Source: Candidatus Zixiibacteriota bacterium
Lineage (GTDB): Bacteria; Zixibacteria; MSB-5A5; GN15; JAAZOE01
Direction: 5' to 3'
Length of the DNA stretch: 64,000 nt
NCBI GenBank assembly: GCA_043819555.1
Contig: JBDREQ010000031.1
Location: 31,233-95,232, forward strand
The position numbers and the translations under genes are program-made. A model generated the notes under the pieces. The model had not been told where the DNA came from. It searched no databases and was given only the letters and a program-made list of their open reading frames with translations. Within the stretch, counting starts at the first letter, position 1. Every line of letters begins with the position of its first letter. This document shows positions 10,733 to 20,622 of this stretch, piece after piece.

Positions 10733-11398
10733 TTAGCGGCCGATTATTCCGGCCAACATTTCACTTATAGCAGAATAATCATTAAATGGCAAGAATTCAA
10801 TTTTGTGTTCGCGGCAATATTCGGCCAGATAATCTTTGGCAAAAATAATATCGGCTTCGCCAAGCGCGCAAACATCAGACTTGCCGTCGCCAATATATAC
10901 GGCCCGACCATCCGGCTGACGAAGATTTCTGATATGATATCCTTTGCAATTGGCGCATCCGCCGCAGCTATTATCGTAATATGGGAATTTTAATTCAAAG
11001 CGTCCCTCTACCAGTTGGACGGAATTAGCGAACACTCTCAACCCGTTTAGATTATATTTTATAAGCAGGCGATAAATGTAAATATCAAGACCATCTGAGA
11101 GAATGTACAGGGATATATTCTTGCGGCCCAAGTACTCGACAAAATCAAAAAATGATGGGTCGATTTCAAAACTATCTACGAATTCAAATAATTCAGTTTT
11201 AGTAACGTTCCGCATTGCGGCGGCTTCCTGAAGCAAACACTCTCGCGAATCTATTTCGTTAAGCCTCCAGCGGTGGACAGCTTCTTCCGATTTGCCCTCG
11301 GAAAAATGATGAAAGAGGCGATTGCCTACGTCACTAGTCGATATCGTTCCGTCAAAATCGGAAAATACCATTATTTTTTTGTCCCCGGCGATATTCAT
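10733..11398 (-). CDS. MtnX-like HAD-IB phosphatase
   Basis: FSDFDGTI, ILSDG, CxxCxxCK, YIGDGKSD. Confidence 0.85.
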   Translation of the reverse strand: MNIAGDKKIMVFSDFDGTISTSDVGNRLFHHFSEGKSEEAVHRWRLNEIDSRECLLQEAAAMRNVTKTELFEFVDSFEIDPSFFDFVEYLGRKNISLYILSDGLDIYIYRLLIKYNLNGLRVFANSVQLVEGRFELKFPYYDNSCGGCANCKGYHIRNLRQPDGRAVYIGDGKSDVCALGEADIIFAKDYLAEYCREHKIEFLPFNDYSAISEMLAGIIGR

Positions 11399-11439
11399 TC
11401 TGAGTTTCTCGATGGAAAGCGAAATTAAATGACCTCAAA

Positions 11440-11470
11440 CATCAAAGGCGGCTAAAGCCGCCTTTGATGA
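11440..11470. terminator. Hairpin, probable terminator after the ppi gene
   Basis: ATCAAAGGCGGCT-A-AAGCCGCCTTTGAT near-perfect inverted repeat. Confidence 0.65.
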
Positions 11471-11497
11471 TAAAAAATATTCGCTTCATAATTCCGA

Positions 11498-12121
11498 TTA
11501 TTCCGTGGGTTTTTCGGTTCTGACGATTGTCTTGATAACAACATCTTCAACCGGAACATCGCGCATTCCTTTTTTGGCTCCGGTCTTGACCATTTTGATT
11601 TTATCAACCACATCCATCCCCTCAACTACCTGACCAAACACTGCATAACAGGCCTTATCGAGACCAAAATTATCTACAACATTGATATAAAAATGGGTTG
11701 TCGCTGAATTGAGATCGTTGGTTCTACCCAATGCAATCGTGCCACGCGCGTTTTTCAATCCGTTTTTACATTCATTCTCAATTGGCTTGCCCGCCGGTTT
11801 TTGCACCAGATCCGAAGTAAATCCGCCGGCCTGAATCATGAAGTTCGGAATTATTCGATGAAAAATCGTGTTATCGTAAAAGTTCTTATCTACGTAGCCC
11901 AGGATATTTGCGACCGAAAGAGGAGCCTTTTCCCGATTTAATTCCACGACAATATTGCCCATACTCGTCTCGATCCGAATATATTCTAATGGATTTTCCT
12001 TTGTCACCGGCGCCTCCTTCTTGTCTCCCGTGGCACTGCCCTCCTGAGCGAAGACAGGCATGGTTAGTACCACCAAAATGATGCATAATCCCAAAATCTT
12101 GATTGAAACATTTGAAAACAT
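11498..12121 (-). CDS. Exported cyclophilin-type peptidyl-prolyl isomerase
   Basis: Signal peptide; FYDNTIFHRIIPNFMIQAGG, RGTI, YAVFGQVVEGMDVVDKI. Confidence 0.93.
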   Translation of the reverse strand: MFSNVSIKILGLCIILVVLTMPVFAQEGSATGDKKEAPVTKENPLEYIRIETSMGNIVVELNREKAPLSVANILGYVDKNFYDNTIFHRIIPNFMIQAGGFTSDLVQKPAGKPIENECKNGLKNARGTIALGRTNDLNSATTHFYINVVDNFGLDKACYAVFGQVVEGMDVVDKIKMVKTGAKKGMRDVPVEDVVIKTIVRTEKPTE

Positions 12122-12204
12122 AAATTACCCTTTCTATTTTGGCGTTTACAATTACGCTAAAGTAATAAATCTTCATTCAGAAACAAGGCCAAAATCGGCG
12201 CGGT

Positions 12205-13788
12205 TCAAATTTCTGCCTGGATATTTTCCGATAGTATGGCTTCATATTTTTCTATATCGAGCAGTAATTCCGAGGCCAGTCTTATATCAAGCCTTCCGGG
12301 AACGATAACGTAACGATAGGTTTCGTCCGGGCCGGTTTTCCATTCTGTTACGACACGGCGCAAATGAAATTCAACAAAATCGTCATACCGACTAAATGAA
12401 TTCCGATCTGTGTTTACCGATAATTGCCTGAGTTTTCCAAACTTTTTTTCAATTGGTGATGCGGTTGATTCCAGAGATAGATAGCTCAATATGGTTTCGA
12501 TACCGGCAGTCGTTGCGGATACATATTGAGAGTCATAAGTGACGGCAAAATTCTCAAGCATAGGAATTATTGTATCAGGGTATCTGAAATGCGACGGATA
12601 CTGAGATAATTTCGACCAGTTTTCCAATATGAAATCATAAAGGAAAAACGTGGATGTAATATATTCATTGAACTTTCTTTCAACTTCCTGCCTTAACGCG
12701 ATATCAGGCGCTAATCCCGTAAACGATAATTCCGAATCAGGGGGATTGAGAAAGCGGCCGTCCGCGAAATAATAACGGGAGATAGTCATTTTCAGGGCAT
12801 CGCCATTTTGTAAATTAAAATGAGCCTGGACCAATCCCTTCCCATAAGTAGTATCTCCGATAATAACGCCTCGGCCCGCGCCACGAATCGCGCCGGTAAA
12901 TATTTCCGCTGATGAGGCTGTATTGATGTCGGTTAATAAAACCAGGGGTTTATCGGTAAGCTTTTTCCGGACGGAATGATAGGAATTTCGGGCCCATCTT
13001 GAACGACCGTCGGTACCCACAATAAGTTGATTGGCATCGAGAAATATATCGGCGGCGGAAACCGCCTCTTCCAGAAATCCGCCAGGATTACCGGTTACGT
13101 CTAAAATATACCCAATGACATCTTCACCTTCGAGTTCAGTCACACATTTTTCAATCTCGGTCGAAGTCCCGGCCTCAAAATCAGAAATCTTCAAATATCC
13201 AATCCTATCTTTTGTGATACCATAATAGGGGATGTGCTTTAGTTTAACTATCTCGCGAGTTATTTCAAAATCCTCCTCTTCGCCCGATCGCAGCTTCAAT
13301 ACCGTGAGGTTTAGCTTTGTTCCGACCGCCCCTCGCATCAAATTGCCCGCTTCCTGAGGGCTCATATTAAAGAACCTTTGATTATTAATCGCGCTTATTC
13401 TGTCCCCTCGTTTTATTCCGGCGCGTTCGGCGGGACCATCCTCAATAATGGACATTACCAAAATAAAAGAATCTTTGGGGGCGGCAATCATACCAATCCC
13501 CCCGTATTTACCGGAAGATTCTTCAATCAGGAGTTTGTATTGGGCCGACCCGATCCGATTTGTAAAGGGATCCAGCATTTCCAGCATTGCGTCCTGGGCG
13601 GCCGTTAATGCCTGTCCTCGCGAATAAGGCAGCGGATATTGGGAAGCGATCATTGAAGCGGTTAGGCTAAACGTTATCGTTTCTTTCAAGAGCGGGTCTC
13701 GCAAAAGGTACATTCCCCCCATGAACAATATTATGAATATCATGAGGGATGATACTAATCCGACGATGATTTCTCGTTTATCAGGCAT
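12205..13788 (-). CDS. Carboxyl-terminal processing protease (S41, PDZ)
   Basis: N-terminal TM, PDZ YGGIG, GNPGG, TASSAEIF, GDTTYGKGLVQ. Confidence 0.92.
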   Translation of the reverse strand: MPDKREIIVGLVSSLMIFIILFMGGMYLLRDPLLKETITFSLTASMIASQYPLPYSRGQALTAAQDAMLEMLDPFTNRIGSAQYKLLIEESSGKYGGIGMIAAPKDSFILVMSIIEDGPAERAGIKRGDRISAINNQRFFNMSPQEAGNLMRGAVGTKLNLTVLKLRSGEEEDFEITREIVKLKHIPYYGITKDRIGYLKISDFEAGTSTEIEKCVTELEGEDVIGYILDVTGNPGGFLEEAVSAADIFLDANQLIVGTDGRSRWARNSYHSVRKKLTDKPLVLLTDINTASSAEIFTGAIRGAGRGVIIGDTTYGKGLVQAHFNLQNGDALKMTISRYYFADGRFLNPPDSELSFTGLAPDIALRQEVERKFNEYITSTFFLYDFILENWSKLSQYPSHFRYPDTIIPMLENFAVTYDSQYVSATTAGIETILSYLSLESTASPIEKKFGKLRQLSVNTDRNSFSRYDDFVEFHLRRVVTEWKTGPDETYRYVIVPGRLDIRLASELLLDIEKYEAILSENIQAEI

Positions 13789-14410
13789 GTTTACGAGCGC
13801 CTATTTTTGTCAATACCCGCAATTGAATTTGCGCAAAGATAGTTACGATATCATCGCGACCGTCAATCAGGATAACTCGTTTCTTTTTGGATATATCACG
13901 AAATCCTTTGCGAACGCGATTGAAAAACGCCTTTTTTTCTTTCTCCAATCGATCCGGTTTTCCGTTCCTGCGCTTTAAAGAAGTTTCATAATCAACATCG
14001 AGGATAAAAGTCATATCCGGATCACGCTCAAAGCTGGCCGATTTATTTAGCTTCTCAATCAGATTAAGATCCAGTTGTCTGCCATAACCCTGATAAGCCG
14101 TAGTCGAGTCAAAAAAGCGGTCGCAGATGACGATCTGCTTTTTATTCAGGGCGGGAATAATTTTCCTTTCGGTTAAATTGGCACGGGCAGCCTGATATAA
14201 AAACAATTCACTCAGAGCGCTTATTTCGATCCGGTGATCAAGCAGCACTTTCCTGATTTTTTCCGATACCGGAGTGCCGCCCGGTTCACGGATAAAAATT
14301 ACGGGGAGCCCCGCCTTTTTAAGCGTTTGAAATAATTTTCTGGCCTGGGTGGATTTGCCGCACCCGTCAATCCCCTCAAATGTAATAAAGAGTCCCTTGC
14401 GTTTTATCAT
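13781..14410 (-). CDS. tmk: Thymidylate kinase
   Basis: ITFEGIDGCGKST, REPGGT, CDRF..ST.AYQG. Confidence 0.97.
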   Translation of the reverse strand: MIKRKGLFITFEGIDGCGKSTQARKLFQTLKKAGLPVIFIREPGGTPVSEKIRKVLLDHRIEISALSELFLYQAARANLTERKIIPALNKKQIVICDRFFDSTTAYQGYGRQLDLNLIEKLNKSASFERDPDMTFILDVDYETSLKRRNGKPDRLEKEKKAFFNRVRKGFRDISKKKRVILIDGRDDIVTIFAQIQLRVLTKIGARKHA

Positions 14411-14430
14411 AATTTCTAAATATCCAAAAA

Positions 14431-14458
14431 AAAGGCGGCTGTAAATCAGCCGCCTTTA
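14431..14458 (-). terminator. Intrinsic terminator after ino1
   Basis: AAAGGCGGCTG-TAAAT-CAGCCGCCTTT with an A-run on + (U-tail on the minus strand). Confidence 0.8.
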
Positions 14459-14472
14459 AGATAAGAAATAAA

Positions 14473-15666
14473 TCAGGCCATCGCCTTAACTTTTTTTCGA
14501 CCGTTTGGCGCTTTCTTCTTAGCCGTTTTCCTGGTAGTTTCGCCCTTTAACGTAATCTTACGAGATGATTTTCCGTCTGATGATTTCTGGCCGTACTTGC
14601 GGATAAATTCTTCCACCATATCGCGCGCTTCATCATCAGTATATTGCACCGGTGGCGATTTCTTGAAATACGCCGACGGCCCAAGAAGGGCGCCCTTAAG
14701 ACCGTTATCAAGGCCCAGTTTGCAACAACGTACGGCGTCAATAACGACTCCGGCCGAGTTGGGGCTGTCCCAGACTTCCATTTTAAATTCGATATTAAGA
14801 GGGACATTGCCAAAAGTCGTGCCTTCCATGCGAATGTATGCCCATTTTCTATCATCCAGCCATTCAACATAATCGGATGGGCCGATATGAATATTCTTTT
14901 TGCCTATATCATAATTAAGTTGACTGGTCACCGCGTTAGTCTTGGAAATTTTCTTGGATTCCAATCGCTCGCGCTCGAGCATATTCAAAAAATCGGTATT
15001 GCCGCCGACATTGAGCTGGCTGGTTCGTTCCAGTTTGACGCCGCGATCCTGAAAAAGACGAGTCAGAATGCGGTGAGTAATCGTCGCTCCAACCTGTGAT
15101 TTGATATCATCGCCAATAACCGGCAAACCCTTTTCCTCAAAACGCTTCTGCCAGTACTGTTCCCTGGCGATAAAGACCGGGATACAATTTACGAACCCGC
15201 ATCCGGCTTCAAGGATTTGCTCGACATACCATTTGGTAGCATGTTCGGAGCCGACCGGTAAATAGCTGACAACCACATCAGTTTTCGTGTCCTTTAATAA
15301 TTTGACAATGTCCACTGTGTCGCCGGGCGCTTTTTGTATAATCTGGCTGAGATATTTCCCCAGGCCGTCGTGGGTCATCCCGCGTTGAACTTTGATGCCC
15401 ATTTTGGGGACATCACAGAATTTATAGGTATTATTCGGTTTGGTATAAATCGCTTCCGATAAATCCTTGCCGACTTTGTTGGCGTCAATATCAATCGCGG
15501 CCGAAAACTCGACGTCCGAAATATGATAACCGCCCAGGTTGACATGCATCAAACCCGGGACAAAATCGTCAGCCTTGGCCTTTTGATAGAAATGCACTCC
15601 CTGCACAAATGATGAAGCGCAATTACCGACTCCAATAATAGCGACACGCACTTTCTTGCTGCCCAT
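14473..15666 (-). CDS. ino1: myo-inositol-1-phosphate synthase
   Basis: [46 protein letters not shown]; Lys-rich C-terminal tail. Confidence 0.96.
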   Translation of the reverse strand: MGSKKVRVAIIGVGNCASSFVQGVHFYQKAKADDFVPGLMHVNLGGYHISDVEFSAAIDIDANKVGKDLSEAIYTKPNNTYKFCDVPKMGIKVQRGMTHDGLGKYLSQIIQKAPGDTVDIVKLLKDTKTDVVVSYLPVGSEHATKWYVEQILEAGCGFVNCIPVFIAREQYWQKRFEEKGLPVIGDDIKSQVGATITHRILTRLFQDRGVKLERTSQLNVGGNTDFLNMLERERLESKKISKTNAVTSQLNYDIGKKNIHIGPSDYVEWLDDRKWAYIRMEGTTFGNVPLNIEFKMEVWDSPNSAGVVIDAVRCCKLGLDNGLKGALLGPSAYFKKSPPVQYTDDEARDMVEEFIRKYGQKSSDGKSSRKITLKGETTRKTAKKKAPNGRKKVKAMA

Positions 15667-15773
15667 AAAAAGACTCCTTTATCTTTCAAAACTATTCGCT
15701 AATCCCTCAATATTGCCTCGAGAATATACGCACATAAACATAACAGCGCAAATATTTTATGCATAAATATTTA

Positions 15774-15785
15774 ATGTATATACAA
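15774..15785. promoter_or_regulatory. Candidate MarR operator, copy 1 (ATGTATATACAA)
   Basis: Same 12-mer occurs inverted at 15953-15964; core TGTATATACA is palindromic. Confidence 0.5.
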
Positions 15786-15940
15786 CTATTATGTTACATA
15801 TTTGGCTTTTCCAAAATAAACCCGAAAGGATTACCCCTTCAGTTTGCCAGGGCATTCATCAACATAATCCCTTATATAATTATAAGTTATAAGAATTTAT
15901 GTTAGGATTTCTTATAAAACGATATCGAGGAACATTTTAT

Positions 15941-15971
15941 TTGACAATATCATTGTATATACATATATATT
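15941..15971 (+). promoter_or_regulatory. Sigma70 promoter of marR with overlapping operator copy 2
   Basis: TTGACA at 15941-15946, TGTATATACA at 15954-15963 in the spacer, TATATT ending 5 nt before the ATG. Confidence 0.55.
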
Positions 15972-15976
15972 AGAAC

Positions 15977-16414
15977 ATGGCACAGGATATGGATAACAAA
16001 CTTATTGAAGGACTGAATAAACTCTGGTCAGTCAAGCAAACCGCCCTCAGAAAATTACTCGCGTATGCTGATAAAGAACATTATACCGGCGTTAATACTC
16101 CCGAGCAATTCGCCATCCTAACCCGCCTGGCTTCGATTGGTTATGGCGTCGCGATTATAGAAATAACCCGGGAGTCGATGCTTCCCCATGCCAACATTAC
16201 TCGAACTATTGATTTGATGGCCGCCAGAGGGTTGATTCACAAGACCATGGACAAAACCGATAAACGCCGGATGATAATCAAACTGACTCTTGAGGGCAAA
16301 AAGGCGGCCCGCCATATTGAAGAAATAAATCGAAGGCTCAATGATGCTCTCTGGGGAAATCTCAGCGAAGACGAGCGGGCGATGCTGTCGCTCCTGATGT
16401 CAAAAATTTGCTGA
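15977..16414 (+). CDS. MarR family regulator
   Basis: TPEQFAIL, ITRTIDLM..RGLI, DKRR..IKLT.EG wing motif. Confidence 0.9.
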   Translation: MAQDMDNKLIEGLNKLWSVKQTALRKLLAYADKEHYTGVNTPEQFAILTRLASIGYGVAIIEITRESMLPHANITRTIDLMAARGLIHKTMDKTDKRRMIIKLTLEGKKAARHIEEINRRLNDALWGNLSEDERAMLSLLMSKIC

Positions 16415-16437
16415 ATGATAAATTTATTTTTTTCAGC

Positions 16438-16626
16438 TTACATCATCCGGCTTTGGCCGATTCCCAAAACTTTCAGGCAATGGGGGCAGAAATAAATAAT
16501 ATTTTTGCCTTCAATCCAGGGGATACCTTTTGATTTGCTGAATAGCTGATTTATTTCCTTTTCACAGAATGGACATTTGGGCAAAAGATCTCCCCGCTCG
16601 GTAATGGTCATTTTTATTTCCGGCAT
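16438..16626 (-). CDS. Small zinc-ribbon protein
   Basis: CPFC...CPHC pair; GAGG SD before ATG at 16626. Confidence 0.65.
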   Translation of the reverse strand: MPEIKMTITERGDLLPKCPFCEKEINQLFSKSKGIPWIEGKNIIYFCPHCLKVLGIGQSRMM

Positions 16627-16755
16627 GGCGTACCTCATTCATAAATGGTCCTGTTTCTAATATACAATACTACAATCGGGGGAAAATATTCATTTAATCC
16701 GGAAATTTCTGGATAATAGAATAAGGTTTTTGGAAACAAAATTCACCAATTGACG

Positions 16756-16783
16756 TATATTAGTTGTAAGTGATACTAATATA
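16756..16783. promoter_or_regulatory. Inverted repeat TATATTAGT-N10-ACTAATATA, candidate TrmB operator
   Basis: Perfect 9-bp dyad immediately after TTGACG (16750-16755), upstream of the trmB-like gene. Confidence 0.55.
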
Positions 16784-16796
16784 TAATGGAGAAGGT

Positions 16797-17672
16797 ATGC
16801 AGAATATTAACCTAAAACCGCTGATTGGCTTGGGATTCAACAACTTGGAAGCCCAAATATACACCTATTTATTGCAAAATTCACCTGCGACAGGCTATCG
16901 AATCGCCAAAGGATTAGCCAAGCCGGCCTCAAACATTTATAAGGCAATTGAAACTCTTCATAAAAAAGGTGCCATTATAATTGACGATGATACGACTCGG
17001 CTTTGCCGCGCGATTCCGGTCGATGAATTAATTGATTCGCTTCAGAGAAAATTTGACAATCTCAAAAATCAGGCGAAAGCGGAATTAAACAGGCTGAAGA
17101 TTTCTCAGAGCGATAATCGGATTTATCAATTGCAGTCAACAGATCAGGTTATTTCACGTTTTCAAAAAATGCTATCTGAGTGCCAGAGAGTAGCAATAAT
17201 GGATTTATTCCCGTTTGCGGTTGAGATTCTTCATAAGGACATTATTGCGGCGATTGAAAGAGGTGTTCGAGTCATTATGAAACTGTACCGGCCCCGTGAA
17301 ATCCCGGGAGCTACAATTTTCCTGCAATGCGATGGCGAATCGGTCATTGAGAGGTGGCCGGGACAATGGGCCAATGGGATTATTGACGGCGAGGAATACT
17401 TGTTATCCTTTTTGACAAAAGACGCGAAGGACGTTCATCAAGCGGTCTGGAGTAACAACTACTGTTTATCGTGGATATATTATGATGGGTTGGCCAATGA
17501 ATTTCTTGTGACGGCTCTTCGGAATGGGTTTGAAAACAATCAATCGGTCGATGAATTGAAGAATAAATTCAATAAATATGAATCAATGCTAAAACTGGAC
17601 GCCACAGGATTCAAGGGGGCAACCTCTTTCTTTTTGGCCCTTTCCGGTGAAACTGAGAAAGAGAAGGAGTAA
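16797..17672 (+). CDS. TrmB family transcriptional regulator
   Basis: LGFNNLEAQIYTYLL...ATGYRIAK...NIYKAIETL..KG winged HTH; ATG at 16797 has a GGAGAAGG SD. Confidence 0.88.
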   Translation: MQNINLKPLIGLGFNNLEAQIYTYLLQNSPATGYRIAKGLAKPASNIYKAIETLHKKGAIIIDDDTTRLCRAIPVDELIDSLQRKFDNLKNQAKAELNRLKISQSDNRIYQLQSTDQVISRFQKMLSECQRVAIMDLFPFAVEILHKDIIAAIERGVRVIMKLYRPREIPGATIFLQCDGESVIERWPGQWANGIIDGEEYLLSFLTKDAKDVHQAVWSNNYCLSWIYYDGLANEFLVTALRNGFENNQSVDELKNKFNKYESMLKLDATGFKGATSFFLALSGETEKEKE

Positions 17673-17675
17673 TTT

Positions 17676-19544
17676 ATGTGTCGTAAAACTTATTTGGGGT
17701 ATAAACTTCTGGTCGGATTAATTATCATAATCCTGCCTATATCAAATTCGTGGTCGATAGACCGGCTGACCGATCCATATGAAATTTATCAGAAACATTA
17801 TGAGGCTATAGGCGGATTTGACATAGAAAAGAACGAGACCTCCCAACAAATTGAAGCTGAACTGACCGCCTTTGGCCTTCAGGGTACCATTAAGATTTGG
17901 ACTGAAGTTCCATTATTCGAAAGGCAGGAAATCGATTTAACGGTTTTTAAACAAATAATGGGGGATAATGGCCAATTTAGCTGGACTGAAGATGCTAACG
18001 GGAAAGCCACAATCAATCGTGATGAAAATACGTTGAAGCGAAGAGAGATTAATAAATTGAAGGCCGAATACGAGCATCTTGATCCCCGGTCATCCACATT
18101 CACGCTCACTTTTGAAGGTATTGAAACGGTTGGGGGTTCAGAATGCTATGTTATCAAGACAACCAATACCCTAAACAATGATTATGAATTGACCTATTTC
18201 AATATTGAGAATTTCATGATTGAAAAGACCTCCGAAATTACTCCCGACGAAGAAACTTATACGGTGTATTCAGACTATCGAAAAGTAAACGGACTGTTTC
18301 GCTCATTTAGCCAGGAAGTCACGATAATGCCAGACGGCAATATCTTGAGCATAAACGTTACTAAATATGAATCGAATATCGAAATTGATCCAAGTCTGTT
18401 TGAACCTTCCGGAGGAGAAGTTCGAGACTTTCAATTTGTCGAGGGTGATTGTTCGCTTGATATTCCTTTTGTATATTCGCTAAATCATATCCTGATTCCT
18501 GTCAATGTTGCCGGTAAGGAACGATTGTGGATTTATGATACCGGCGCCAGTATCAGTGTAATCGACACTGATTTTGCTCGTTTATTGGGGATAAAGCTTG
18601 AGGGGGAAATCAAGGGCCAGGCAACCGGTCATACAATCTCCGCTTCGTTTATCCAAATGCCTCCGTTTAGCATTCAGGGAATAAATTTTGACACCCAGAC
18701 AATTGCCGCGATAGATTTGAAAAATCTTTTTGCCCGAGCTGGTTGGGATGCGGTCGGCATTTTGGGGTTTGATTTCATTTCCCGTTTTGTCAGTAAGATT
18801 GACTATGCCAACCGCACCATCTCGTTTTACGATCCTCAGTCATTTGAATATGACGGTGACGGTGTTATACTCCAAACTCCTCTTACGGAAAATATTTTAA
18901 GCTTGTCCGCCTCGGTCAACGGCCAATATTCGGGAATGTGGCAACTCGACATCGGCGCTACAGGAACGACAATCCACTACCCTTACGCGGAGAAAAACGG
19001 ATTTCTTGACCTGCCCGGTGTCGATAATGTGGGCATGGGGGCAGGCGGTTTTAATTTTGACCGCAGGGTTCTCTTCGAAACATTTGAAATAGCAAATTTC
19101 ATTGTCGATAAACCAATTATATCAATACCGCTTCAACAATCGACCGGAGCGCACAGTTCGGTTGAATCAATCGGCACTATCGGAAATGATATCTTAAGGC
19201 ATTTCATACTCTATCTCGATTATAACAATCAGCGCATGATCTTTGAAAAGGGAAGTGATTTCGGTAAGACATTCCCTAGACAAAAAAGCGGATTGCAGGT
19301 TATGTATGGCGACAAAGGTCAACTGGAAGTTATTTTTGTATCTCCAAACACGCCGGCCGCGAAATCAGGATTTAAAAAAGATGATATAATTTCCGCCATT
19401 AATGATATTGACGTGGCTAATTTGAAAGGGTTGACCGCATTCAGGAATTTAATGAAGGCTGATGCCGGCACAGAATACGAATTCACAATAATCCGCGACG
19501 GTCAAACAAAAAATCTTAAATTAAAATTACGGGAGCTTTATTAG
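17676..19544 (+). CDS. Exported retropepsin-like aspartyl protease with PDZ domain
   Basis: Signal peptide; IYDTGAS and GILGFDF, second domain LDIGA and GTIGNDIL; C-terminal PDZ (PAAKSGFKKDDII). Confidence 0.85.
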   Translation: MCRKTYLGYKLLVGLIIIILPISNSWSIDRLTDPYEIYQKHYEAIGGFDIEKNETSQQIEAELTAFGLQGTIKIWTEVPLFERQEIDLTVFKQIMGDNGQFSWTEDANGKATINRDENTLKRREINKLKAEYEHLDPRSSTFTLTFEGIETVGGSECYVIKTTNTLNNDYELTYFNIENFMIEKTSEITPDEETYTVYSDYRKVNGLFRSFSQEVTIMPDGNILSINVTKYESNIEIDPSLFEPSGGEVRDFQFVEGDCSLDIPFVYSLNHILIPVNVAGKERLWIYDTGASISVIDTDFARLLGIKLEGEIKGQATGHTISASFIQMPPFSIQGINFDTQTIAAIDLKNLFARAGWDAVGILGFDFISRFVSKIDYANRTISFYDPQSFEYDGDGVILQTPLTENILSLSASVNGQYSGMWQLDIGATGTTIHYPYAEKNGFLDLPGVDNVGMGAGGFNFDRRVLFETFEIANFIVDKPIISIPLQQSTGAHSSVESIGTIGNDILRHFILYLDYNNQRMIFEKGSDFGKTFPRQKSGLQVMYGDKGQLEVIFVSPNTPAAKSGFKKDDIISAINDIDVANLKGLTAFRNLMKADAGTEYEFTIIRDGQTKNLKLKLRELY

Positions 19545-19574
19545 AGACAAACCAAGGTCTTTATATCTAACTCT

Positions 19575-19604
19575 GGCAGGGAGACTCAATCCCTGCCTTT
19601 TTTT
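19575..19604 (+). terminator. Intrinsic terminator
   Basis: GGCAGGGA-N7-TCCCTGCC followed by T7. Confidence 0.85.
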
Positions 19605-19625
19605 ATTGTATATTTTGCGTATACC

Positions 19626-20141
19626 TCACCTCGACAATGCCCGGACGATTTCGCCGGCATACATGCGATGGTAGTCGTTGTTGTATTCGGTATCGATTTT
19701 GGGGTCGAGGAAATTGGACGGATCAAAATCCTGATAATAAATTTTGCGGCATTCCAAAACGATGCGGGCTTCCTCAAAATAAACAGAGCCGGTTTCGCCC
19801 ACTGTTGGAGTCAGGCCGAGGCCTTTTATTTTATCGATATCGCGGCCAGATTTCGTGCCGCATAATTTGAGAATATCCCGGTATTTTTCCTCAAAGAATG
19901 TTAGCGTAAAACAATCGTGCTTCTCCAGAAATTCATATGTGTACCGAGTTGGTCGGACAAAACAAAAGGCTACTTTCTTATGCCACAATTCGCCCAGCGT
20001 CCCGTAGCTGGCGGTCATAGTGTTGAACGATTTGAGCGTTCCGGCAGTAATGAGCATCCAGTCCATTCCGATTAATTTGAAGGGATTGTCTTTTATCAGC
20101 GACGGATCGATCGGTATTAGCTTTGCGGCCATATTGCGCAT
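19626..20141 (-). CDS. Flavin reductase-like FMN-binding protein
   Basis: WMLITAG..FNTMTAS, VRPTRYT, CGTKSGRDIDK, YHRMYAGEI. Confidence 0.9.
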   Translation of the reverse strand: MRNMAAKLIPIDPSLIKDNPFKLIGMDWMLITAGTLKSFNTMTASYGTLGELWHKKVAFCFVRPTRYTYEFLEKHDCFTLTFFEEKYRDILKLCGTKSGRDIDKIKGLGLTPTVGETGSVYFEEARIVLECRKIYYQDFDPSNFLDPKIDTEYNNDYHRMYAGEIVRALSR

Positions 20142-20233
20142 CCTTTCATGTGATTTCGTATCAAATATTATGATATCTTATTGCATAAGCAAATGATTTT
20201 CTATATTAAAATGTTGAGAATCAATTTTTGGAT

Positions 20234-20490
20234 GGTGGCCCTTCGGAAAAATCAGAGAAGCGTGTTTTTGAGGTAGATTCCCGCAGGGAGCGTTGACGAT
20301 AGCTGGTAAATATTTTTATACTAACTTGCATGGTGCGTCTTAAACATTATGATGGTAAAAGAACCCTGCGATTGGGAATGGACGAGTTATAATCGGTATC
20401 AGGGAAAACGTGATGTGCCGTTGGAGATTAATGGAATTGAATTATAGGCTCCAAGCGGGAACCCACCCCAGCAAAGCTGGGATGGGCCAC
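20234..20490 (+). mobile_element. Internally deleted RAYT (TnpA-REP) remnant flanked by inverted REPs
   Basis: REP 20234-20284 (GGTGGCCC...GATTCCCGC); promoter TTGACG-N18-TATACT; ATG 20330 MVRLKHYD joined out of frame to VKEPCDWEWTSYNRYQGKRDVPLEI* (stop 20447); inverted REP 20455-20490. Confidence 0.6.
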
Positions 20491-20557
20491 GGGTCATGTT
20501 TTCAAGGGCGGACCACCGGCTTGTTGTGTTCAATAAAAAGATATTGATTACCGAAAG

Positions 20558-20587
20558 CCCATCCGAAAAATTAGATTTTCGGATGGG
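20558..20587. terminator. Perfect hairpin downstream of the NHL gene
   Basis: CCCATCCGAAAA-N6-TTTTCGGATGGG. Confidence 0.55.
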
Positions 20588-20622
20588 TTCCAGCATTGAG
20601 TAATTTTACGGATTATCGAGTT

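Noticed and set aside
20399..20596. 65-aa minus-strand ORF
   Set aside because: Overlaps a REP, a hairpin and the RAYT remnant on the other strand.
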